DNA of 62,456 nt, filler included. It is 11 parts of 11 records of this genome, joined end to end, with 100 filler letters (N's around TTAATTAATTAA, not from the genome) between each part and the next. Parts side by side here need not be neighbours in the genome. Positions count along the whole stretch, not along the records: positions 31,386 to 36,120 come from SRR15195285_2042; positions 36,221 to 40,113 come from SRR15195285_2045; positions 40,214 to 51,655 come from SRR15195285_2046; 8 more parts are not named here. The stretch is one strand, 5' to 3'. Positions 33,147-44,000 of the stretch are shown here, in pieces (the stretch's first letter is position 1; each line of letters opens with the position of its first letter). The position numbers were made by a program, and so were the translations under genes. A model generated the notes under the pieces. That model saw nothing but the letters and a program-made list of their open reading frames with translations. It was not told the DNA's origin and did not search any database.

Positions 33147-35540
33147 CTAGGAGCACACGACACATCTTTTGTCACATGACGTACGGCTGCAGACGACCAA
33201 GAAGACCAGGTACACCACAACGAGAAACTTCGCCACTCCTTTCGTAAGCTGGTATGACTTGTCGGCAACCACATGGACCACGACGAGGAGCACCCACCAT
33301 TGAGCAATGAAGCCGATGAAGAGGAGGGCCGATAGTCGCACGTCCTCAGTGATCGGGCCGCCGCCAGGCATGTGCACAACCTCAGTCAACAAAGCCACCT
33401 ACCGACACAAAACGAGATTCTTAACATAATAATGCGATGCGACCGGACGGCAGACAGTAATGCGCACCGACAGAACCACCGTGATGTTGAAAATTGGTGC
33501 GCCGAAGCAGCCAGAGATTGCCATCGCTGTGGTTGATCCAGCGCCAGCCCCGCCGTCTGCATCGCCGTCTGATTTCTCGCTCGCGGCACCGTCACGGCGT
33601 GCAAGCAGAAAGGCGGCAAACCCATCTGGAACGCAGTTGCCCCAAGCAAGTGCCGTCAGGCCGATCATCGTCAGCGGTATATTCAGCAAAAATCCGACTG
33701 ACTCAAGCAATGCCACTGCTTCCTCTGCGAGCAGGTCTATCCATGCGAGACATGCAATGAAAGATGTAATGCAGTAGCCCCAACGGACGAACGCCGGAAC
33801 TCCGCGCTCTGTGCATCGGTTTGAGGCCTGGAGGAAGATTGCCATCCCAATTGAGACAAGCAGAGAAACGCATAGCGAGACCAGTGCCACCCATCGCGGC
33901 GTGCCTGAGCCAGCACTGGGCAGCACCAAGATTGGTGGACGGGTCCCTGCTTCAATATAGGCGTTCTTGATCCAGGCGTAGAACAAGGCAAACATCCTGT
34001 GACAGGACAGCCGGTCGAAGAACGAAAACAACGCCGGTGAGCCCAAGTAGTTGCGCCAAAGCAGGCGACGAGAACGACACATGGAACCTGTCACGTCTCT
34101 ATTATGATAGGGCATTGGCTCACGTGAAGCATATCGGGTTCAGAACAACGCGAATCTTTGAGAAGCCTGTGCCATACGGGTCGACGTAGCCTACTTCTCC
34201 CCACTCTTCAGTCATTGCGAGCGGCACCTGTACGAGTCAAAATGATGGGAGTGAGCAACGCCGCATATGGCACTATGCGGCGCAGGGAAAAACAGCCAAC
34301 ACACCGTCAACGACCTGACCACTGTGAACGGAAGCTCGATCACGGCAAGTAATTTGGCAGCTGGGCCGAGGCTGCGCCATTGCAGCACGCCACGCACGCG
34401 TGCGCAGATTCGACCCCAGGTGCCGTCTGTGGAGGCAACCTCTTCATCGATCTTGTCCAGCAGTGCCTCGTGTCGCGCGGTGGACTTGGCACGGGCTCGA
34501 GCAGCACGCCACGCTGCTATGGAGTCCTTCGTGTCGTCGGACGAGCGGGGCGAGCGCATGCCGTCTACCACTGCGTCAGAGCTCCAGCTCCGACCGGCCT
34601 CGTCCCCAGTGGCAGTCGGAGACAGCGGCTGCCCAGTGCGCGGCACTGCTGCATCCGGTGCCTGGGCGATCCGTTTGCCGGTATCCGATGCCAGCAGGGC
34701 CTCTGTGTGCTCCCGCGCCCTTTCTGCAGAATCTTCGGCCGTCAGGGCCTGGCGCTCCGCGTTCCGCCGTGCCTTAGCTCGTTCGCGCACAGTCACGGGT
34801 TTGCCCATCACTGCGCGCGCTTCGTACCACGCAGCGCGTTCGGCGCGCACAAGGGGCGGAACATTGTGGCCAAAAGCCACCATCGCGACGTACAGTACGT
34901 ACAGTGCAATGAGGGCCACGAGCTCGATCACGTACACACTGCCATCGAGCAGGATCCCGAACAAGAAGATACTCCCGATGAGCAAAAAAGTGACGTCCCG
35001 CAGCATCATGCCCTTGGCATCCACGCAGCCGCCGCTGCCGTAGACAACAGCACCGATGACGAACGTGGTGACGAAAAGCGACCCACCTATCGCGGAGCCG
35101 ACCGCCAGCGAGACGTTCTTGTTGCGTACTGCTGCCAGCGCGGAAAACATATCAGGCGCACCATTCCCAATTGGTAGGAGCGTCACTCCCGCGAGCCGGG
35201 GCTTCATGCCGACACCCTCACTAATTGTTGTCAACGTGCGCACAAATTTCTGCGCCGTCACTGCGACCATCCGGACCAGGAATGCCCACCACAGGAAGCC
35301 AAGGGCGAGCAGCAGTGCAGCTGTGACGCTGTTCCCCACCACCGCTCGCAGCCCGCCGCTGCGGCAGTAGAAGACCTCGAGGTACGGAATCAGCGACACA
35401 ATGTTGCAGCCGTTCGCCGCGCCATCTACGTTCTCATCCCGAATCCAGCGGCACTGCTCCGTCACATTCAGCTGCCTCGGCACCGAGCAGACCACGCGGT
35501 CTTCATCCGGCGAGCCCGACTCACTGAGGTAGTCAGCCGC
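33147..35540 (-). CDS. Cation/calcium exchanger, CCX/NCLX (SLC8B1-like) family; multi-exon, 5-prime end uncertain
   Basis: Alpha-1 repeat GVTLLPIGNGAPDMFS, GSAIGGSLFVTT, alpha-2 repeat GLTALAWGNCVPD and AISGCFGAPIFN. Introns link ORFs 34212-35495, a small VPLAMTEEW exon, 33399-34115 and 33147-33398. Confidence 0.9.
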
Positions 35541-36335
35541 ATCTATATGAGAACATGCTGTAGCCGCAGGGGGCAGAAGACACGAGGGCCAGTAACAGTT
35601 CTAGCTGTGTGCTACCTGTGTGTGCTACCTGTGCGCGCTACCCGTGTGCGTGTGTGGGCTGCTATCTTCTAGCAATACAGTTGCACTGCAGTGCACTGCC
35701 CTTCTGGAATGCCCCTCCGGGCCTGCGACCGGAGGAGCTCGTGCTCACCGGGTGAGGCCAGGCGGTGGCATCACTGCATGACACGATCGACCAACATCGC
35801 CCGCTCACAGCATGCCCCTCCCCCCCAAACCCTAAACCCTCAATAAACACCCTTCCTCCTACCCCAAACCACCCCAAACCACCCGGGCTCGATTACAACC
35901 AGACAGCAAAGTAGTATAGAGGCAGACAGACACAGACAGAGAATGACGAATGACAGAATGCCGCAGCCACTACCCTCTACAAGCAATGAATGTCACAGCC
36001 AGCCAGGCAGAGACAATACACACAGAGAGAGAGACTAGACAGACACGTTGCAGGCAAGCCGACAGACGGGAGCTCTCCATCAGCAGGTGAGGCTAGGCCA
36101 GCTGCTGGTCTGGGCAGTCCNNNNNNNNNNNNNNNNNNNNNNNNNNNNNNNNNNNNNNNNNNNNTTAATTAATTAANNNNNNNNNNNNNNNNNNNNNNNN
36201 NNNNNNNNNNNNNNNNNNNNCGCGCGGGCCGCGCGGCCGCGCGCGGCGCGACGCGTCGATGCGTACCCGCGGCCGGCGGCGTCGCAGTGCTACCGCGCGA
36301 GTGCATCGCATCAGCAGTGCGAGGGCCACCACCCG

Positions 36336-39300
36336 ATGGCTGCTGCGGTAGCAATATCCCTGCTGCTCTGCGCGCTCGCGCGCGTGCAGCCTGTGCACAG
36401 CGGCCGCTCGGGTCTGCACGCGGGCCCCAGCGAGGCGCTAGCACCGCCGTACCAAGGGCCGATGGAGATCCACCTGCTGCCGCACAGCCACCAGGACGCG
36501 GGGTTTATCGTGACGTACTCGCACGTGCGGGATCAGCTCTGCGATCGCACTTACGAGACGATTTTCGAGTGCCTGCGTGACGACCCGACGCGGACTTTCA
36601 ATGTGGTGCGATGCGCCGCCCCTCACTCCACTTTTGCTAGTGAAGAGTGACGAGCCGGGCACTCCTCATATGCAACTGGCTCGGTATAGGCAGAGGTCAA
36701 CTTCTTCTCGCATTGGTTTGACTCCAAGAACGCGTCTGTGCAAGCCGAAGTCCGGCGAATGGTGCATGCAACCAAGTGCGTAGCCAACATAGTGTGTCGT
36801 GGCACGTGGCGGCTTTTTGACGCTGTTTGAGTTTGACAGGCAGTACGGCTTCTGCGAAGGTGGGTGGGTGCAGCCTGACGAGGGCGCGACGAACTACCTC
36901 GGGAGGATTAATCAGGCAACCTTAGGCCAGGAGTGGCTGAAGGCACGGCTGGATGTCTCGCCCACCGCCGGCTGGCACATGGATCCGTTCGGAAACTCGG
37001 CGATCTCGCCGCTGCTATTCGACGGCTACGGGTTCGACGCCCACGTTGTTTCGGGCGGTCGGCTGCCTACTTACCGACTTGGCAATGTCGCGTGGGGCGC
37101 ACCATTCGGTCAGACACGCTGGCACTGGCAGCAGCAGCTGCAAAACGTTTGGCAGGGAGCCGGCGGCGCGGCAGTCATGCAGCACATTATCGAGGGCATG
37201 TACATGGAACTCAGCGGAGATCCCGACTGGCCTGGCCATGGGTGCGTGCCCCCGCCCTGTAATCATTGGTGCTACCGTAGTCCCGTAGTGCCGCCGGCTC
37301 TAATCCGTCAGAATGACACTTCGCGGCCAGGTACCTGTGGGAATCCGGCCTGCCCGCGATTGTCGCAGCTGCGCCATGGGCTAGCGAATCGGAGGCGGCC
37401 AATGCGCGGGCACAGCTGCACTCGCACCACCAGCGCAAGTTCAATGAGCCACCAGCTCTGGGAACCTCCCCGCCAGTCAACGCAACCAACCTTGCTCGAC
37501 TGTCTGTGGACCTCGTGCGCCGGGCTCGCAACAACACACAGGTGAAATTCGTGACTATTATTGACGTCAATCAAGTCGCACACTCGCAGTCTTACAAAAC
37601 TTGAGCGGGCACGTGGCTGTAATAGCTTTTTCGCAACTTGTCTTATCGCAAGTCGTGCTGTATCGTTGCAGTTCTTTCAGCCCACTGAGAACACTACACG
37701 GCCAAGGGCGATAATGCTACCATGGGGTGGAGACTGGACGTTCTCTGAGGACGCGCATATCATGTTCAGGAACATGGACCAGATCGTCAATTATATCAAC
37801 GCGCATTCAACGGAGCTCAACGCTACGATCATCTACAGCACACTAGATAAATATCTCGACATCGTCCACGGTGGGGACGAAGTGCAGAAGGCAGACCGCT
37901 CCAAGGTGACTCTTCCTGTAGTTGAGGGTACATTCATGGGAAACAACGACGACTGCTGCCAGAAGCTCTCCAATGTCAAGAAGGTGCACTCGTGTTGGAC
38001 TGGGTATTATTCATCGTTTCCGGCTCTCAAGTATGCACTGCGGAAGCTCGACACGTCACTGAGGCATGCTGAGATACTCGCGGTACTCGCAACAGCACAG
38101 GCGGCGTCGAAGGAAGCTAACTTGACGTCTGGATTAAATGGCTTTGGGGACACCTCCAAAGCGTCCGACAAATGGGAGGCAGCGTTGGGATGGGGCCGAC
38201 ATACACAAGGAATCATGCAGCACCATGATGCAATTACAGGGACAGGGGGCAGTGCATGTGATGTCGAATATCACAACATGATCAGCAACGCCACTATTCT
38301 CACCGATCAGGTTCTTGCAAATGCTACCGCCGTGCTTCTGGGTACGCATAAGCTATGTGTCTATTTTCACAACGACCAGCACATGGCTGAGGTATGCCTA
38401 CGTGGCTGAGGTATGTCTGATATATCGGTGTTTTTCGATCGACCGCAACAGGTGAGACAGAGGGTGGCCCTTTGGAGGTATACAGCATGCCCGCGGCCCC
38501 ACCATTGTCCCTGAATGACAGCTCCACAGGACCTTGCGACCCTGATCACATCTCAAGCTTCATTGACTGTCACCCGAAAGGTGGTGAAGCTGGATGGTAG
38601 GCTCCATTTTGTCATGCGCTTCTTTTAGCTGCTCTGTGGTTGACAAATGCTGCCTCGATGTTCTGTTGTACTCCCACACAGTCTGAACATGGGATGCTGC
38701 TGGACACCATCGTCGAGTCATCCATACTGCTATAAGCCGAGTTCTGCTGGACGAGCGGCTCCAACCAAAATCAGTGGTGTAGGCCAGTGGCCGACTGACG
38801 ACGGCAGTGTGCTTACGCTCGGTGACAGTGGCTCCGTCACACTGATCGCATCCAACCCACTCGCGTGGTCCCGCAACACTACCTTAGCAATCAGAGTTTA
38901 TGCTAGAAGCTCTGCGATGTCACTGACTGACTCTGGTGGCAATCATGTAAACGGACAACTCGCACCCCCCGAACCTTGGAACACCTCGCTGACTGGTCAT
39001 GGCTCGCACGTGCTGCGTCATGAGCACTGGGCTGCCTGGGCCAGCAAGCGCCCGAGTGACAGGCACGAGGTCGCAGAAGGCGAGATGGTAATGAGCCGAC
39101 TAATCATCGAAGCATCAGTCCCTGCTTTGGGAACCGCAAAATACGTTCTGCGTGATGCAGCACATGGTGGTAGCACTGCCAATGTCGCGGTATCGCAAGT
39201 GAAGGTTGGCAATGGCAAGTCTGGGTTTATCCTGAACGGGTCCAAGATCAAAGTGTCGGTGAATGCGCAGGGCCTGCTCGACAGTGCACAGCACGCGGGC

Positions 39301-39426
39301 TCCACCACACCGCCATTACCTCTGCGCCAAGACCTTGCTATGTACTGGGGTAATGGTGGGCGGGACGGGCCTTCTTGCAACGCCGACGGTTCGGGTGGAG
39401 ATGGTGGGTCTCAGAGTGACGCGTGA
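36336..39426 (+). CDS. Secreted/lysosomal-type alpha-mannosidase (GH38); multi-exon, apparently truncated at the 3-prime end
   Basis: Signal peptide, then HLLPHSHQDAGF, AEVNFFSHWF, GGWVQPDEG, GWHMDPFGNS, LPWGGDW, YSTLDKY, WTGYYSS, MQHHDAITGT and NPLAWSR. The frame stops at SQSDA, where a Y(I/V)F motif and the C-terminal domains are expected. Confidence 0.9.
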
Positions 39427-39541
39427 TGGTAAAACAGCGCTGGAGATAGCGTTTGAGAGCCAGCACCAGGAGGTTGTGGCAATTATTGAAGCCTTTTCAA
39501 ATGACGAGCGAAACACGTTCTGCCTGTTTAGTGGTAGGTGA
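39424..39541 (+). pseudogene. Ankyrin-repeat-like C-terminal fragment abutting the GH38 break
   Basis: An alternative frame reads DGKTALEIAFESQHQEVVAIIE, matching the ankyrin consensus G.TpL..A....h.e.v..L. Confidence 0.55.
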
Positions 39542-39572
39542 GCTAATTCATGCTGATTTGCTGATAGATCTT

Positions 39573-39995
39573 TCACGAAGAAGCCGAGCAGGCTTTGTCA
39601 GCACCTACGACCTTGGGTCGCTGGCACACCCGCTGCTCCGCCGGATCGCAAGGATTGCCAGCTCGCTTCGTCTTCGTCACCGTCGCCGGTGCCTCCACTT
39701 TCTTTGTGGCGTCCTCCAGAAAGAGCTGCGGTGGTGCATGCCCCAGCGCGAGGTGCTGGCCCAGCTCCTGCAGCAGTGCTGGCTGCGCCACCAACAGGCC
39801 CTCCTCCGTTCGGAGCAGCCCATCCGGCAGCCCAGCTGGCCGGGTCACACTGATCACCTCGAAGGAGGCCGTGATGATCTTCAGCTCCGTCACCTCGTCG
39901 AAGTAGTGGTCGCGCTTGCGGCCGCCTGGCTTGCGCGAGCGGCCGCCTTCGCAGGTCTTGTTGTCGGTGAGCCTGCCCAAACACACACAGCCCAA
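39573..39995 (-). CDS. Last exon of a hypothetical gene cut by the contig end
   Basis: GC3-rich open frame (RDHYFDEVTELKIITASFEVISV...) preceded by an intron-like GTGTGTGTTTGGGCAG acceptor. Confidence 0.45.
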   Translation of the reverse strand: MGCVCLGRLTDNKTCEGGRSRKPGGRKRDHYFDEVTELKIITASFEVISVTRPAGLPDGLLRTEEGLLVAQPALLQELGQHLALGHAPPQLFLEDATKKVEAPATVTKTKRAGNPCDPAEQRVCQRPKVVGADKACSASS

Positions 39996-41098
39996 CCACG
40001 CCAGTCAGCAGCAGCAGAGGTGTGCCGATCTGTGCCCAATCACGCCGGTCAGCAGCAGAAGAGGGTGTGCAGCAGTGTGCTGCGGGACGTACGCCGGTGA
40101 CATCTGCGCGTACNNNNNNNNNNNNNNNNNNNNNNNNNNNNNNNNNNNNNNNNNNNNTTAATTAATTAANNNNNNNNNNNNNNNNNNNNNNNNNNNNNNN
40201 NNNNNNNNNNNNNATCGGTACTTCGGCCCCCGATCCACGGCCGGTGTGACTACTAGTACTATCAATTCTATCGTACTATGTAGTAGTACCTGTGGCATCT
40301 GGTAAGGCAATCATAAAATGCGGTACAGTTGTAGTATCCTATTCGACCTACCAGTACTGTACTCTGGAGTACTAGTATGGCTACTATTTATAGTATAAGT
40401 GTTGAGCAGTTGCCGGTGAAGCCTGAATCTCCACCAGTGCGGCCTGGGTGCGTGTAGATCTACTCTGTCATGTACTGTACTCGTCCTGTACTGGTACACA
40501 GTACGAGTCCAGTACTGTACTGCAGTATACTGTACTAGCTAGTACTCGTCACTCGTCAGCAGTCTCAAGTCTGATCGCTACTCTGAGATCTAGCTAGCTA
40601 GTAGGATCCTACTGGTACAGTACTCAGTAGTACACTGTACAGCTGTACCTGTAGAGCTGTAGAGCAGTGCTCTGACGAGCTGACGTGGATTGGAATGGCC
40701 GATGCCCGGGATGGCAAGCGCGTGGGCTACGTTCGCTGTGCTGCCTCACGAACTCTACATCGCCCGTAGCTCTGCTATCCACGGCCAAGAGCTGACGCAC
40801 CATGTGCCCAGTAGCTAGGCCAGGGCAAACTTGATGCAGCAGGAGCTGGGCTGCCGCATGTCGATGTTTGCCAACACGGGCAACCCGTAGTGGTCAGCAC
40901 GTACGCAACAGCGGTGGCTCAAGCGTAGACCTGCGGTGTATGAACTTGTGCACACCGATGTAAACCTCTGCCCTCGCTGCATGTGCGATCCACCGAAGAC
41001 GCGCAGTATGCGGGCGCTGTAGCTGCGCGGGACCAGCAGAGAAGGTGTTGCGAAGCGAGCAGCGGTGATTCGCAGGTATAGCGCGGCACACTGAAATT

Positions 41099-44000
41099 AT
41101 GGACTTCGACTCGATACCTCACGAGAGGGCGCCGGCACGCTCACTGGCGCGCTCAATGGATTTCGACGTGGGAATGGAGTCCGGGATGACAAGGGCACAA
41201 GCCGCGGACGTAGATCGTATCAACACAGGAGCTGCGGCTGCAGACGATTCACAGATAGAACAGATCCGGAACCTGTTTGCCGAAGCTGATGCAGATGGGA
41301 CTGGGGATTTAGATGTACAGGAGCTCGGGCGGGTGATCGAGCAGCTGGGAATGAAGCTTTCTCATGAGCAACTCCACGATGCCATGGGCATCTTAGATTC
41401 TGACAGCACAGGCGCAGTTTCTATGGCGAACTTCATAGAGTGGTGGATGGCGCATCATGGGAGCGGCAAGGACCAGGAAGAAGCAAGAGAACGCGCACGC
41501 GCTGCGTTCGAGGCTGTTGATGTGGACGGAGGAGGCACCATTGACGCCAGTGAACTCGCGGCATTGGCCGACAACCTTGGTCTAACGCTGTCGGAGAGCG
41601 AGTTGGCGGATGCTCTACAGGAGATGGACGCGGACGGCAGCGGCGAGATAGACATCCAGGAATTCATGGAGTGGTACATTAGCGGTGGGTCAGGATCCTC
41701 GTCTGCATTGGCTATGGGCGTTGGACTCGGGGCTCTCGGTGAACTTGGCCTTGTGGGAACGGCAGACGACATGAACCTATTTGCCGCTGCCAACGACGAC
41801 GACGATGACTCAGAAGATGAGTTTGATGCCGCAGCGGCAGCTGGCGAAATGTTTAACGATCTCATGGCAGCCTCAATGGGGGGCAGCAAGGAAATGCTGG
41901 GGCTGTCGCTCGGAATGTTTACACCAGACAACAGCTTTCGTGTCGCGTTGTCGAGAATCGTGTTCCACCCAGTAACAGAAGTTGGCATTGTAGCTAGCAT
42001 TGTTATCAATGTGGTGGCACTGCTTTTCCAGGAGCCAGGATCTGACCAGATTGAGGTAGTTTCTTTCATCAATTTTGTGTGCGGGCTGATATTCACGACC
42101 GAAATGGTGTTGCGCATCATCGTGCATGGGTTTTTCAGACACGAGGGCTCTTACTTGCGGAATGGTTGGAATGCGCTAGATTGTGTCATCGTGCTCACAT
42201 ACTGGGCTATTTATATCACATCGATATACACGAGTGTCGACAGCTCTCTGTCATCGTGCGCGACATTGCTGCGGTCGTTTCGTCTCCTTCGCTTTTTTGG
42301 TGGAGTGCGTGAAGTGCTCAGCGCTCTTGCGCAGGGCAGTTCGATGATCCTTACAGTTTCTGCTGTAATGCTGTTCTTATTTGTAGCTTTCTCGACGAGC
42401 TCACGGATGCTGTTTGGTGGCGTGCTTATGAACCGCTGTGCAGTAGACGATCCAGTTCAACGGGCTCTGGACTGTCCGTTGTGTGGAGACGAGAGGCAGA
42501 CATCAGTAGTTGGGTCCAGTGAAGCCGGTCGATGCCCGACAGTCCTAGAGTGCGGCTCCAAGAATCTGTCGTGTTTCGAGTACACACCAGATCTTGCGTA
42601 CACGTACACAAATCAGTCAAACTATGCGACTCCAAGGAGACTGGACCATATCGACAAATTTGGCTTCGGAGGGCTATTCGAAAGCTTGCTGTCCGTCTAT
42701 ACCATATCAACACTGGACGAGTGGGGCTACCTTTGCAATATGTACCGGTCCTCAGATTCGTCAACCTCGTTCCTCGCTTGGCCGGTCTTTGCTGCACTGA
42801 CCGTTCTGCTTGCACTTTTCGCGACAAACGTCTTCGTCGCAAGTGTGACCATTGCGTACATGTCTGTGCGGACGGGGGCACGTGACGATAATGCCCTAGA
42901 CGGAATTCGCGACATGGTGATGGCCAATCTGGAAAATCAGGAAGGCCAAGATGACGATGCAAACGATGGGAACGGCAGCCCCAAACGACTTGATGACGAC
43001 TGGTCTGACGACGAGGATCTAATTGCAGAAGACGATCTTACAGAAGAGCAGCTGCGCACGGACCACTGCCTTGCCACGTGCTGCAAGTACGGTCCCGTGC
43101 TGACTGAAAAATCACAAGTCATCATCACGGACAAGCGCTTTGACAATTTCATTATGGCAACAGTTTTAGTAAATATCGTCCTCATGGCTTCAGAGCATCA
43201 TATGATGCCGCAGTGGTACGTGAATGTGCTTGCCACGATCGAGGTTATCTTCACTACCGTGTACACATTTGAGGTGGCCGTTAAACTGCAGGGCATGGGA
43301 TGGCGGCGGTACTTCCGAAGCTGGATGAACCGGCTTGACTTTACTATTGTTTTCGTCGCTCATGCTGGTACCATTCTCACATACTTTGGTGAAGGTATGG
43401 ATGCTTCTTCATCGCAGAGTTTACGGATTGTCAAGGTTCTCGCTCGTCTTGCGCGCCTGATGCGTGTGGCTCGTGTAGGGAAGCTAATTTCTCGCGTGAA
43501 GAGTATCCGGACGGTGTTGAAGGTGGCGTTCGGCTCGATCCATGCGATTGCTTCGCTTTCGTTTTTGTTCATCTTTGTATGCTTCGTAGCGGCTACGATG
43601 GGCACGTTCCTCTTTTGGGAGTGCCACTCTAACCCAGATGGCTCACCACGTCGAACGGAACTAAATGGAATGAGCCTGGGCTCGCTTCGCGACTCGTTCT
43701 TTGCAGTGTTTCAGCTCGCGACAGGCGACGACTGGTCAGGATTGATGTTCGAGTACATGGAATGCTACGGCAATGGTGCTGCGCTGTACTTTGTGGTGGT
43801 CGTTTTTGTTACACAGTATCTGCTGCTGAACCTCTATATATCTGTATTCCTGGAAAACTTCCAGCTCAATGACGAGCAGAAGCGTCAGCGGCAGATTGAG
43901 CAATTCACGAAGCGTGAACTTGCAAAAATGGATTTGACTGAAGAGGGTGCGGCTCGTGCCACCATCTCAATAGCCAGCGCCACACTTAACAGGGCCAGCC

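Noticed and set aside
13925-39426. A polysaccharide-utilisation cluster (GH78, DUF5054 fusion, sulfatase, GH38)
   Set aside because: Each gene is on a different contig, so the adjacency is artificial.
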